DNA of 61,366 nt, filler included, from Chiloscyllium plagiosum (GCF_004010195.1; 3 parts of one record of this genome joined end to end with filler, not necessarily neighbours in it), one strand, 5' to 3'; shown: positions 1 through 12,475, counted from the whole stretch's first letter. Made by a program: numbers and translations. The notes: generated from the letters alone by a model not told the origin.

Positions 1-135
1 TGTGTTAGATCCCTGCCCAGCGTGTGGAAACTTGCAGCCCATGCTGGAAGTGAAAGGATGTGCAGTTCCCATACATTTACAGCTCCATATCTGCACTGTG
101 CCTTGACAAGGGGGTACTGTGGGTGTGAGCAGCAC
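1..135 (+). mobile_element. End of an ancient CR1/L2-group RT fossil (longer in copies 36790-37330 and 50940-51460)
   Basis: GTGCCTTGACAAGGGGGTACTGTGGG resembles the VPQGSVLG motif; identical to reverse complement of 36793-36927. Confidence 0.4.
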
Positions 136-262
136 TGCCAGAGAGACATGTTAGGGAAGTCAGTTTAAAAGGCCATCCTTAAAAGGCCAATCGGCACACG
201 GTTGAACATTCTTTGTTTGGAGCTGCACTGCTGTTTACTCCGAGGTTGGCAGATAAGGGGTA

Positions 263-470
263 ATTACACCACGGTTTGTTGACAGGAGCACAGAGGTCCT
301 GGTGCATGGGCTATTACAGAGGGGGACCATTCTCTTCCAAGAGGGGGCTCGCCACCAGACCCACCGAGCATGATCTGAACTCACCACCCAGCTCAGTGCA
401 GTGCCTGAGGTCTGAAGAAATGTCCAGCAATACAGGACAAGCATCAATAACTTCCCTGCTCTGTCAGAAA
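263..470 (+). mobile_element. Decayed Myb/SANT-like DNA-binding ORF of a PIF/Harbinger-type DNA transposon
   Basis: Manual translation ITPRFVDRSTEVLVHGLLQRGTILFQEGARHQTHRA*SELTTQLSAVPEV*RNVQQYRTSINN follows the PRF..EVLV..R..LF..AW.E..R...Q.R..N pattern of Harbinger Myb proteins; two in-frame stops. Confidence 0.6.
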
Positions 471-1274
471 AAGGATCAACGTATTCTCTCTGCTCCCTCA
501 CACTCACTATATAGATGTTGTAGCATCCACCCTCGAACCTCTCCCCCCCCCCTCCCCCCGCCCCCTCTCAATCGCATTTTCAATACCCCCATACGGCAAA
601 AGAATATTCTGAAGAATGCTGATCATGGAATGCTCCAGATAATGATCCAACTAATTCCATTTTTCAGGAAAATGTCAGTGCCCTAGTATGTAACGCATAA
701 GGGGAGGAGTAGAGATGTACGTTTTAAACTCACATGCAATTCAAATCCATCATGAGGCCAATCAGCCCTTCAAATGTGCTCTAGCATTCAATAAGATCGC
801 AGCTGATCTGACGGTTTTCTCATCTCCATGTTGGAGAAATTTTCAGTTCCTGGGTTCCTGTCACTGACCAGACAACACTCAGGCACTTTTACCCAGGTTA
901 TCTTCAAGCGCCTGTTCCAGGGCATTTCCAATGGGAATGCACTCTCCAAACAATATATTACAGCAGCTTTATACTTCTAGGTAATGATAAGCACATTTTC
1001 CACAGATCAGTCAGAAGTATATGCATATTTTTGGTTAACGATACCAAATTACAATTAATAATCCTGGATAATTCACTTGTCTCACTTTATTGTATTCACC
1101 CAAAGACAGCTTCTAAATAATTGTGTCGATGTAAAATTTAATTTCGGTAGAGAATATTTTTGTCCTCAGCCGTTATCTTGACCGTTATCTAAATTGTACC
1201 TTTTTCCTTGTCATGGAAGTTTCTCTTGTCCTTTGCCTGTGACTGTTTCTGTCTGTAACATTTAAACAGTCTCC

Positions 1275-1490
1275 CACTCAGTTGGCTGGATAGCTGGTTT
1301 GTGATGCAGAGGGAGGCCAGCAGCACAGGTTCAATTCCCCACACTGACAGAGGTTATCATGAAGGGGACGCTCTCTCAACCTCACCCCATCACCCAAGAT
1401 GTGGTGTCCCTCAGAGTAAACAACCACGAGCGAGCTATCTCTAAGATAGTGCAGACCCATGGTCCTTTGGGACGGTATTCTGTTACTGTT
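1275..1490 (+). mobile_element. tRNA-derived SINE, family 2 (copies ~11595-11810 -, ~35410-35615 -, ~53095-53310 +)
   Basis: A-box-like CTCAGTTGG and B-box GGTTCAATTCC; body shared with an independent copy at 11.6-11.8 kb. Confidence 0.7.
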
Positions 1491-1974
1491 GCATTTTAAA
1501 GTTTTATCTATTTTATAATTTTCTTTTACATTGTATTCCTGGATGTTTTGAATCAGTGCCATTTGATACCCCTGTCAGCGTTTGCCCCACACTGCACATT
1601 CCTGCCTAATAGTCCTTCACTCGTTGTTATTTCTGAACCTTCCGTTTGTGCCTGAAAAAAATTCAATATCTGCCTCCAATACTCTGCGGGGAAGAGATTT
1701 ACAAAGACTTACTAATCTAAAGAAACAAACATAAAAATCATGTGAGATTATTTTCTGTCTCTTTACCTGAGTAACGATATCATGACATTGGAAGCAGTTC
1801 AGATATGCTTTGCTTCACTTATTCCAGGGATTAAGGATTTATATTGTGAAGGCATTAACAGCTTACTCTTTGAATGAGAGGCGCTTATTGAAACATAAAA
1901 GACCTCGAGGAGAGTGAATCAGGTAGATGCCCACTTGGTGTTTGTATAGTCCAAACTTGTTGTCATTGTCATAG

Positions 1975-2310
1975 AATCTTTACAGTGTGAAAGCAGAACA
2001 GTCTGCCCATCGCATCCACACCAACCCACCAAGAAGCATCACACCCAGACCTGCCCGCCATATAACCATATATTTCTCATGACTAACCCACCGAACCGAC
2101 ATATGCCTGGGCACTATGGGCAATCTAACATGGCCAATCCACTCTAAGCTGCACATCTTTGGTCTGTGGGAGGAAACTGGGGCACTGGGAAGTAGCCTAC
2201 ACAGACACGTGGAGAATGTTCAAACTCCACATAGAGGTTGGCTCGGGGTTGGAACTGAACCCAGCTCCTTGGTGATGTGAGACAGCAGTGCTAACCACAG
2301 ATCCACAATG
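1975..2310 (-). mobile_element. Old HE1-like (V-SINE) element (paralogs ~34650-34985 +, ~53800-54120 -)
   Basis: Similar to the young copy at 21226-21550 (AGCACTGCTG..TCACA head, CCCACAGACCAAAGATGTGCAG body). Confidence 0.75.
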
Positions 2311-2479
2311 TTCCTCCATTAGTTATGTTAGTTGCTTGAGTCTGACTAAAGAAAGTTGCCTGACTTGTTCCTATCACGCAATCTTTCCCAGTCCGAGACC
2401 TTTCACATCGGCCATATCACCAACCTGGTTGCATTCAATGTTTGTTGTGAGCAGTGGAGGAGTGGGACTAGAAAAGGAA

Positions 2480-3508
2480 ATAATGACACCCTCCATCCTC
2501 AGTCAGAAAAGGAATGAGGAGAAATTCACAAAATGGGAATCCATTCAAGTGGGAAATCTCTTTCCCAGAAGTTTGGGATGAGCAGATCTTTATATTATAT
2601 CGCGGCTGACTTCGCCTGATTTTTCATAGACAGGTAAATCAGGGATAATGGTGCATGGGGAAAAAAGTCCGGCTGGTACCACAATGAGATGACCCAAACC
2701 TTACTTCCTAATGGAGTAGTGTCAAAGGGCCGAATGGCCCACTCGTTTCCCTCAGTCCTGTGTTCTGATGTTCAATTCAGCTCTTTGGACCTGCTCCACA
2801 GAGGCAGATCGAGGCCACTCTGATGGTTGTGTGTAGTTTCGGAAATGTACATGGAAAATCCAGGTAGGGTCAGGAAATGACTCCCACCCCTAATCCGTCT
2901 CTCCAGGCTTCCCCTTTCTGTAACTTCTGCTCCAGATGTGTGTCACGTTACAGAGCCAGTTTCACTGTGATTACAGCTTCCATACTGCACCCAGATTTAA
3001 CTCAAACATATCCTCTGCTCTCCCTGAATGCAACATTGTTTAACACGACTTCCACGAATATAACAAGCTATTTTCCAAAAGCACAACATAAGAATGTAAG
3101 AAATAGGTACAGGAGTAGGCTATTCGGCCCCTCAAGCCTGCACTGTCATTTAATATGAACATGGCTAATCTACTTCAGGACTCAACTCCACTTTCCGGCT
3201 AACCCATTGTCTCCCTCAACTCGCTGATGTGTCAAAAACCAATCCACCCGGTCTGTAAATACATTCAGTGACCCAGCCACCACAACTCTCTGCGTTAGTG
3301 AATTCTGGATTTTCATAATCTTCGGAACAGAAGAAATTTCTTTACATCTCAGTTTGAAATCAGCATCCTATATTCTGTATCTATGTACCCAAGTTCGAGA
3401 CTCTGCCCATGATTGGAAGCACATGTTCAAAATCTAACTTGTCAAGCCCCCTCTGTATCTTGTACGTTTCAGTAATATCACCCTCATTCATTTCAGCCAA
3501 AGTTAATA
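2480..3508. mobile_element. Old CR1 3' fragments
   Basis: CR1-type 3' motifs: GGGCCGAATGGCCCACTC (~2727, +) and AGGAGTAGGCTATTCGGCCCCTCAAGCCTG (~3111, -). Confidence 0.55.
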
Positions 3509-4028
3509 CTCAAGAACAAACCACGACAAGCAGACCAAACACAGCCAGAAACCCTACCCACCTTACCATACATCAAAGAAGTTTCAGAAATGACAGCCAG
3601 AATACCAGCTAGCCACAAAAACACACGACCCTCTCTCCCTCGTAGCCCTACACACGGATGAAAAAAAACACCATTTCGAGTGGCACAACATGTCTATCCT
3701 GGGATAGGCTCAGCAAAGACATGCCAGAGAACTCCTAGAGGCCTGGCACTCCAAACACAACGCCATAAACAAACACATAGATCTAGATGCCATATATCAA
3801 TCCCTCAGAAAACGAACAGGAAATGACATCACCACAACCCCCAAGAATCCCATCCAGGAGAACGATATAAATAGAAAGCAGGGGACAACAGCTTCGCTTC
3901 ACTTGGAGGTCGTCACTGATGATGTTACCTAGCCAGGAAATGAAACGTCCGGATATCAAACCTACAGTTCAGCGATCAAAACTACACCCTAAACATCAAC
4001 CTGAGCTATAAACCTTCACATACCTTGC
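3509..4028 (+). mobile_element. Penelope-like element 3' fragment, GIY-YIG core deleted
   Basis: Reverse complement of 32748-33455 minus ~190 bp at ~3601; keeps the AWHS motif and the hammerhead-bearing 3' end. Confidence 0.85.
3913..3952 (+). ncRNA. Degenerate minimal hammerhead ribozyme
   Basis: TCA-CTGATGA-T-GTTACC-TAGCCA-GGAAAT-GAAAC-GTC-CGG; core intact, mismatches in stems I and II. Confidence 0.6.
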
Positions 4029-4279
4029 AAGCCAAAAATCGTTTTAATAACTGAACTTGGTGGATTTTGTCTGGTCTAGATAACCACGCATATTGTGCTG
4101 GCACTCAGGTGAATGAAACAATTCCATCAAAACTGGAAGTCTTGGTCTAACGCCCCTCCCCACCTTCCAGACCTCACACACCTCACTCCCTCACACACTC
4201 CATTCCCTCACTCCCTCATACACTTCACTCCCTCACACATTCACCAACTGATGAGAATCCACAAGCTGAGTGCAACTTG

Positions 4280-5885
4280 GAACATAGAACAGTACATCAC
4301 AGTGCAGGCACTTCAGCTCTCAATGTTTTGCCAGCCTTTTATCCAACTTTAAGTTCAGACTAACCTCCATAACCTTCAATGCACTAACTTTCGTGTGCCT
4401 ATCCAAGAGTCTTCTTAAATATCTCTAATGTGTCTGACTCTACTACTACCGCTGGAGGAAAGCCTTAGCCACTCAACCTTTCTTTGTAAGACATGCTCTC
4501 CAGTCCTTGCAGCACCATGGTAAGTCTCCTCTGCACACTCTCTGAGGCTTCCACGTGTTTCCTATAATGAGGCAACCAGAACTGAGCACAATATTCTGTG
4601 TGTTTGTACCACATCTTTATAGAGCGAAGAAATAACCTCGCTGCTCTTAAACTCAATACCCCTGATAATGAAAGACAACACACCGTATTCCTTCTCAACA
4701 NNNNNNNNNNNNNNNNNNNNNNNNNNNNNNNNNNNNNNNNNNNNNNNNNNNNNNNNNNNNNNNNNNNNNNNNNNNNNNNNNNNNNNNNNNNNNNNNNNNN
4801 NNNNNNNNNNNNNNNNNNNNNNNNNNNNNNNNNNNNNNNNNNNNNNNNNNNNNNNNNNNNNNNNNNNNNNNNNNNNNNNNNNNNNNNNNNNNNNNNNNNN
4901 NNNNNNNNNNNNNNNNNNNNNNNNNNNNNNNNNNNNNNNNNNNNNNNNNNNNNNNNNNNNNNNNNNNNNNNNNNNNNNNNNNNNNNNNNNNNNNNNNNNN
5001 NNNNNNNNAGGCAAAATACCTTGTCTATTTACCTTATCCATGCCGCTCATGATTTTATAAACCTCTATAAGGTCACCCCTCAGTCTCCAACGTTCCAGGG
5101 AAAACGACCCCAGCCTGTTCAACCTCCAGCTGTCGCTCAAACCCACCAACCTTGGCAATATGCACGTAAATCTTTTCTGAACCTTTTCAAGTTTCACCTG
5201 ATCGATCAAGTCCTGGGGATTTTTCCACCTTCATGCGTTTCAAGACATCCAGCACTTCTTCCCCTGTAATATGGACATTTTTCAAGATATCACCATCTAT
5301 TTCTCCGTATATCTACATCTCCCATGTCCTTCTCCTGAGTAAACATTGATTCGAAATACTCGTTTAGTATCTCTCCCATCTCCTGCGGCTCCACGCAAAG
5401 GCACCTTTCTGATCTTTGAGGGCTCTATTCTCTCCCTGTTTACCCTTTTATTCTCAATGTATTTGTAGTCTTTTTGGATTCTCCTTAAGTCGATTTGCCA
5501 AAGTTATCTCATGTCCCCTTTTTGCCTTCCTGATTTCCCTCTTTCGTATACTCCTTCTACCTTTATACTCTTCTAACGAGTCACTCTATATATCCTGCCT
5601 GTGCCTATCATATCCTTCCTTCCTATTCTTAAGCAGACTCTCAAGTTCTTTAGTCAACCTTTCGTTTTACCCAACAAGAATATACTGTTTCTAGACTCCG
5701 GCTATCTAATTTCTGAAGGCTTCTCATTTTCTAGCCGTCCGCTTACATGCGAACATTTGCCGCCATCAGCTTTTAAAAGATCTTGCCTAATACCGTCAAA
5801 ATTGGCCTTTCTCCAATTTAGAACGTCAACTTTTAGATCTAGACTATCCATTTCCATCATTATATTAAAACTAATAGAATTGTTG
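4280..5885 (-). mobile_element. CR1 LINE fragments on both sides of gap 1
   Basis: Minus-strand peptides EYCAQFWLPHYRKHVEASESVQRRLT and LEKVQKRFT..LRGDLIEVYKIMSGMDKV are CR1 ORF2 C-terminal motifs. Confidence 0.85.
4701..5008. other. Assembly gap 1 (308 N)
   Basis: Run of N. Confidence 1.
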
Positions 5886-6309
5886 GAAAATAACTGAAGT
5901 TAACACATTTCAGGTGAGAAATTAAATCGATTGATTATATTTAATTGTGTAAGCGTTATAATTCTATTTGATTGTTCAATAATTTGCTCACTCTGAATAT
6001 TCAATCAGTCAGAGGTCAACCATTTTGCAAATGATAGAGCGACAATTTAGGCATTTGAATACTGAGATTCAATGTGTAATTGTGATCACCAGCATAGTCA
6101 GACAACATGTTCTTTTTCGATAAAAACAAAATGTGTATTCTTTACGTTTGTGTCATAAAAGTTTGTTCGGTGTTTATATTTTAATTCCATCAATATAGAA
6201 TCAATGTTATCGTTTTCAGAGTTGGTGCAGTTATTGTTCAGTTGAATAATTGTAGCTCATACCTTATTATTGCCCAATTCACAAACATGCAAAACTCCTG
6301 ATTATTGTT

Positions 6310-7115
6310 CAGGTCAGCAAACACATCACTTTGCATCATGACCAACATTAAATGTGGATTCCAAAAGGGTGAATTCGGGTACAGTGCTACTGGACCTCAC
6401 AGCTGCATGTAGCACTCAGAGAGACACTGGTCCTGAATCTGTGAAGAGAGTTTCCCACCTGGGTTAGGGCAGTCATTCAAACATTCCCTCACAGAGAATC
6501 ATAGGTACAAATGCTGTCTAAATTAGATACCAATGACTGACCAGGAACCAGGCCTTATAAATGTATCCTCAGTCAGAGCCTGGCCCATGGAGTAGATGTA
6601 TGGACATGGAGTATCAGAATCACATCGCACAAGTTACTTATGATGATGCCATCTGGCATGTCCCCCAGACTCCATACATCTGCACCCTGAACCAGACACT
6701 GCGTGAAAGCGTTCACAATTGACAGTCTATTACAGTATTTTGTGTCTCACGGTGAAACCTCTGAAACTATATCCAATAAGTGTACCTTCACATTCAACAG
6801 TATCAAAATAAAATTATACATGCCTGTGGATGGTCAGATACTAATTCATAGGTCACCCAACAGAATGTATCTGAAGAAACCAGGAACAAACCTTGCAAGC
6901 CAAAAATCGCTTTACGAACTGAACTTGGTGGATTTTGTCTGGTCTAGATAACCACACATACTGTGCTGACACTCAGATGAATGTAACAATTACATCAAAA
7001 CTGGTATTCTTGGTCTAACGCCCCTCCCCACCTTCCTGACCTCACACACCTCACTCCCTCACACACCTCAGTCCCTCACACATTCACCAACTGATGAAAA
7101 TCCACAATCTGATGA
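6310..7115 (+). mobile_element. Vingi/Ingi-type non-LTR RT fossil (copy ~18030-18890 -; 3' parts at 4029-4275 + and 32525-32747 -)
   Basis: Frameshifted peptides TNIKCGFQK..TVLLDLTAACST, PTWV, TND(W)PGT, YDDAIWH, VWSR*PH and PHLPDLTHLTPSHI occur in the order of remembered Vingi RT motifs (GFQK..FLDLTAAYDTVW, PPWV, INDLP, YADDIC, VWFRSPH, PWLPVLSNIAPP). Confidence 0.6.
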
Positions 7116-7119
7116 AATT

Positions 7120-8490
7120 TGGAACATTGAACAGTACAGCACAGTGCAGGTATTTCAGCCCTCAATGTTTTGCCAGCCTTTTATCCTACTCTAAGACCAG
7201 ACTAACCAACATAACCTTCAATGCACTCACTTTCGTGTGTCTATCCAAGACTTAAATATTCCTAATCTATCTGACCCTGCTATCACCGCTGGAGTGAAGC
7301 CCTAGCCGCACAACCTTTCTTTGTAAGACATGCCCTCCAGTCCTTGCAGCACCCTGGTAAGTCTCCTCTGCACACTCTCTGACGCTTCCACGTGTTTCCT
7401 ATAATGAGAGGCTTCCACATGTTTCCTATAATGAGGCAACCAGAACTAAGCACAATATTCTGTGTGTTTGTACCACATCTTTATAGAGCGAAGAAATAAC
7501 CTCGCTGCTCTTAAACTCAATACCCCTGATAATGAAAGACAACACACCGTATTCCTTCTCAACAGCCCTGTCAACTTGGGTGGCAACTTTGAGAGATCTA
7601 TGGACAATGACACCAAGATCCCTTTGTCACTCCACACTGCCAAGAATTCTGCCTTTAACCCTGTATTATTTATGGAACCTTCCAATTTAAATTGCTTCAC
7701 ACATTTCAAGTTTGAATTCTATCTGCCACTTATCAGCCCAGCTCTCATCCTGTCAATATCCTGTTGCAACCTACAATAGCCCACTACACTATCCACAATC
7801 CCACAAACATTCGTGTCATCGGCAAACTTACTAACCTACTTGTCCACTTCCTCATCAAAGTCATTAATAAAAATAACAAAGAGCACATGTCCCAGAGCTG
7901 ACCCCTGTGGAACACCACTGGTCACTGAGCTCCAGGCGGAATACTTTTCATCTGTTACCATCTTCTGTTTTCGAGAGGCCAGCCACGCCCGTATCCAAAC
8001 TGCCAAATCTCTCTGCGCCCCGTGCTTCCATACATTCTGAATGAGCCTACAATGGGGAACGCCTTGCTAAAATACTTGTTCACCACATCTACTGGTCTAC
8101 CTTCATCAAACGTGTTCTTTACATTTTCAAACAATTCAATACGGTTTCTGAGGGATGACCTGTTCCTCACAAAGCCATGCTGTCTCTCTCAAATGAAACT
8201 ATCGTTTTATAAGTAATTGAAAATCCTGTCTGTCAGAAACGTCTGTAATACATTGCCCACCACTGATGTAAGACTGACTGTTCGGTCATTCCCAGAGTTA
8301 TCTCTATTCCCTTTCCTGAACAAGGGAATAACATATGTCATCCTCCAATCATCTGGCTGGCACTGCTCCAGTGGACAGTGAGGACGCAAAGATCATCGCC
8401 AAAGCACGCCAATCTGTCCCGTCACTTCCTGGAGTAACCGAGGGTAACCCCATCTGACCCAGGGGATTTACCTATCCTTATGTTTGTAAT
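7120..8490 (-). mobile_element. CR1 LINE, RT to 3' end, decayed (copies ~16700-18025 +, ~31180-32520 +)
   Basis: [40 protein letters not shown] and KFADDT motifs. Confidence 0.9.
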
Positions 8491-8654
8491 TCATTCAATG
8501 AGTGTATATTTCCCTTCATCTTTTCTACACCCTGCCCAACCAACTGATTGACTGCTTTCCATTTCAGTGCAATTTACAGTGCTGCCTTCCTGAGTAAGTA
8601 CAGTTCACAACATTCTGTGAATCATGGAATGAAAAAATAAAGGAATGCACCAGT

Positions 8655-8790
8655 ACCTTCCTGATGAAGAGTTTACGTTCGAAACATCGATTCTCCTTCC
8701 CCTTGGATGCTCCCTGACCTGCTGTGCTTTTCCAGCACCACATGTTTTGATTCTGATCTCCATCAACTGCAGTCGTCACTTTCTCCATTA
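8655..8790 (+). mobile_element. Penelope pseudo-LTR fragment with decayed hammerhead (copies ~16405-16535 -, ~30880-31010 -)
   Basis: CCTGATGAAGAGTTTACGTTCGAAACATCGA followed by GGATGCTCCCTGACCTGCTGTGCTTTTCCAGC. Confidence 0.75.
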
Positions 8791-9359
8791 CTGAGGGCTG
8801 TCCCCTCTGCACACTGAGCAGGGAATTAACCATCAGAAACTCATTGTATGTGGAGCTGACTGCTCAGTTCTGGAAAATTGCACTTGATTAATGTATTTTC
8901 TTTGAATAAGAAATTACCATTCCACAGATATTCATTCAGTGCCAGAGTTAGAGTTGTGGTTCATGGTTTGAGTAGTTTGACAACAAACAGGAAATGACTG
9001 AAGAACTCCAAGGTACAGGGTATTCCAGGTATTATATTACAGCTTACATTAATGCTGGGAGTATTATCAGACAGGCTCTGACAGATGTGCGAAGGGAATG
9101 AGTTGACATGTGGAGAGGTGACATTTTTGCCATCACAGAGACGCATTTGAGGGAGGTCAGGGCTAACTCAATACTCTGTTCTACTGGAACTATAGGTACA
9201 ACAGGGCAGGGTGTTAAAGATGAGGTGGTGTTACATTATTAATTAGCAAGTCAGTTAATGCTGAAAGGATGGACAATATCTTGGATGGATCTTCAAATGA
9301 GGCTTTGTGCGTCGAGGTTCGAATCAAAATGATGACAGACACACTTTTTAAAGCACATT

Positions 9360-9480
9360 TTAGCTTACAGTGTGGAAACAGGCCCTTCGGCCCGACAAGT
9401 CCACACAAACCCTCCAAAGAGCAACCTACACAGACCCATTACTTTACATTTACCCCTTCACCTAACACTACTGGCAATTA
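9360..9480 (-). mobile_element. HE1-like SINE, 3' half only
   Basis: Matches ~30180-30297; the 5' half present in that paralog is missing here. Confidence 0.8.
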
Positions 9481-9799
9481 CGCATTACGAGGTGTAGCCG
9501 CTGGAGATTAAAGAGATAGGGAGGGGTGTAAGGGCTGGCAGAATTTATAGTGATAGATGGGGCTGGAGTATGAGATAAAGTTTGTGGAGATACGGAGGGT
9601 TATTGAGATACAGATGGATGCAGTGGCTGGTGGAGATGACAGGGAAGGATACAGAGATACACGTAGATAGTTTAAAAACGGTATTGTGCAATGACTTACT
9701 GGAGAACATATTGTAGAAATCTGTGGAATAGACAAGGCACTGGGAGGAACTGAAGGAGTGAGACCTTGGAGTGTCCAATCACAAGAGTTATAGAGTATC

Positions 9800-12260
9800 A
9801 TACAGACAGAAGAGGCCCATCAATTGACAGTGACAAAAACAAAAGTCCTGCAGACACTGGAAATCCGTCTTTCCAAAAGTCTGGGGTCTAGGGCAAGACT
9901 TGGGAGAGGTATCCTACAGACTGCTCAAGCAACAATGTGACGTAACAAAACCAGATGGTGTGAGATTAAACACTGACACAGAAATCTCCTGCTGACTCCT
10001 CTCCCTCAGCTTTACTGTGTCAGATCAAACACAGACACGGAAATCTCCTGTTGACTCTTCCCCCCCGCCACCCCCTCAGCTGAAGGATCAGTGTCCCTCC
10101 ACATTGAACAACACTTTCAGGAAGCCCTTATAGAGTGACAGAGCTGGAGAATGTGTACTGGTGGGCCATGTCAAAACCACCACCAAGTCGGGTTCCGTAG
10201 CAGCACTGCTGATAAAGATGGTTGGTTCAAAAAACAACATAGCTGCGAGACTGGCTCTGCACAGTGTCGGGGAGGGGGTCAACTGAGAGGGAGAAATCTA
10301 TTGGTGGCAGACACATTGATCAATGACCATATTGGGAACGGTGACACCTCAAACAGTATTTCTGTTGACAAAGTCCCACTTTTACACTTGTATGTATGTG
10401 TGTGTGCGTGTACATGCATGAACACACATGTGAGAGAAACGATCCCCATGCTAAATCGGACAGATTTTAAAGAGATCTAGAACTGAGCACTGGCCTGTGT
10501 GAGGTGGTTTGGGTCATTACCAACAGCAGCAGAACTGTATTCCAGCACAATTTTCACTGTCATTGCCTGGCATATGCTCCACTTTATACTGACAGTCAGG
10601 CCAGGAGATAAGCCCTTGTTCAATGGAGAATACCGGAGAGCCTACCAAGAGCAGCACCAAGTACACCTCAAAATGAGGGTGATGTTACCAAACAGGACCA
10701 CTTACTCACCAAATGGCATAAAAAGCTCGTGACAAACAGATCTAATCAACAAATCAGACCTAATCTTTGCAATCCTGTCACATGCTGTCAGCATGAATTG
10801 TGTCGTCAATCAAACAACTCACTGGAGGAGGAGATTCCACAAATACCACATTCCTCAATGATGGAAGCGCTCAGCACACCAATAGAAAAGGTAAGGCTGA
10901 AACATTCACAGCAATGTTCTGACAGAAGTATCGATAGGATGATCAATTTTAGTCTCCTCCAGATGGCAGTCTTCAACTAATTCAATTCATTTTGTGTGGT
11001 GTCTCCATGTGGCTGGACGGATGGGGAATGAAAAGGCTGTGGACACTTATAACATTCCATTCAAGCTGATCCTGCTGGGATACAGCACTGGTATATACCT
11101 GACATTGTGGGAAACTCTCCGGGTATGTTCTGTACACACACAGACCAAACAGCAGACAATCAATGACTGCCCCATTGCTCTCATCCCTATCACTAAGAAA
11201 GTGCTGGAATGTTATTGGATAATACAGTGGAAACAAGCAGCATTTCCTCAGCACCAACCTGCTCACTGAAATTCAGTTTGGGCTCTGCCAGGGCCACTTA
11301 TTCCTTGGGCTCATGGAAGCCTTAGTTTAATGATGTATAGCAAGAAAATACACAGCTGAATTATAGAGGTGAGGCGACAGTGACTGCATTTTTAACATTG
11401 TCATAACTGCACTTGACCAAGTGTCGTACCCAGGATTAACGGCAAAACTGGAGTAAATAGGAATCGTCTGCACTGGCTGAAGTTATACCTGGTACTAAGG
11501 AAGGTGGCTGGAGTTGGTGGAGAGCAGCTAACTCAGCTCCGCAGCAGTTCCCGTGTGTTGGCGTTTGAGTAAGCCCGTAGATCAAAAATGGAAAGGTAAG
11601 GCACCATGCTCCTACAGTATTATAGGGCTGCTCTCTCGTTAGACAGAGACAACTGGTGGTAGTTAAACTGGACAGTCATCATGCCTCAAGTAAGGGGGAG
11701 GTTGAAAAGTACAATCCGTTACTCACACCAGTCAGTGAAGGAAATGAACCCACACTGTTGGCATTAATAACTAGCTATCCAACTCATTGAGCTAACCAAG
11801 TCCTCGCTCAGCTCATTGGGGAAGATACTGTAACATTATTCTGTTCAGATGTTTTGTTTGACACCTCTGGAACAGGTGGAACTTGAAGCAAGCCTTCTAA
11901 CCCAGAGAGACGGTCAGTATCAGTGAGCTATAAGAGTACTTTCCGCCCTCGGCCCAATCATAAATGGCCCTCCCTATACATTAAAGTCACAAGCGGGGAT
12001 ACTTGCCAATGATTGGACAATGTTCAACACCATTCGTGATTTACTCAGATACTGAAGCAATTCTTATCCAAATGCAACAAGTAACTGGAAATACGCAGGC
12101 CTGTGCTTAACAGTGACAAGGATCACTTCCATTACACACGTGCCTCTAACAATTCCCTCTAAAAATACAGAAGTGAACCATATCCTCGAACGGTCAATGC
12201 CACCACCATCACTGAACACCCACCTAGCAATATCGCGGGGATTACTGTTAACCAGAATTG
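9800..12260 (+). mobile_element. Ancient CR1/L2-group LINE, fragmented, with nested SINE (paralog ~28100-29280 -)
   Basis: Remnants such as VRPGDKPLFNGEYRRAYQEQHQVHLKMR and CAGTTTGGGCTCTGCCAGGGCCAC (QFGxxQGH); many stops. Confidence 0.65.
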
Positions 12261-12281
12261 GACTGACCATATAATTTCATT

Positions 12282-12475
12282 CTGGATTAGTGGTGCTGGA
12301 AGAGCACAGCAGTTCAGGCAGCATCCGAGAAGCCGTAAAATCGACTTTTCGAGCAAAAGTCCTTCATCAGGAATACCGCTGTATTCCTGATGAAGGGCTT
12401 TTGCCCAAAACGTCGATTTTACTGCTCCTCGGATGCTGCCTGAACTGCTGTGCTCTTCCAGCACCACTAATCCAG
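12282..12475. repeat. Fold-back palindrome of two head-to-head Penelope pseudo-LTR pieces
   Basis: 95-nt arms 12282-12376 and 12381-12475 with a 4-nt loop CGCT; each arm carries a hammerhead-like CTGATGAAGG...AAA motif. Confidence 0.92.

Larger units (their letters stand above)
1..4700. repeat. Segmental duplication copy 1; inverted partner of 32102-36927
   Basis: Base 1 TGTGTTAGATCCCTGCC is the reverse complement of 36911-36927; collinear through SINEs, CR1, Penelope and Vingi pieces to 4700 (pairs with 32102). 1-313 is identical; the rest is roughly 90% by eye. Confidence 0.95.

Noticed and set aside
4562..5269. Long ORFs spanning N runs (also 15506-16123)
   Set aside because: Their length comes from gap characters.
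7384..7435. 25-bp tandem duplication
   Set aside because: Slippage inside a dead CR1; useful only as a copy marker.
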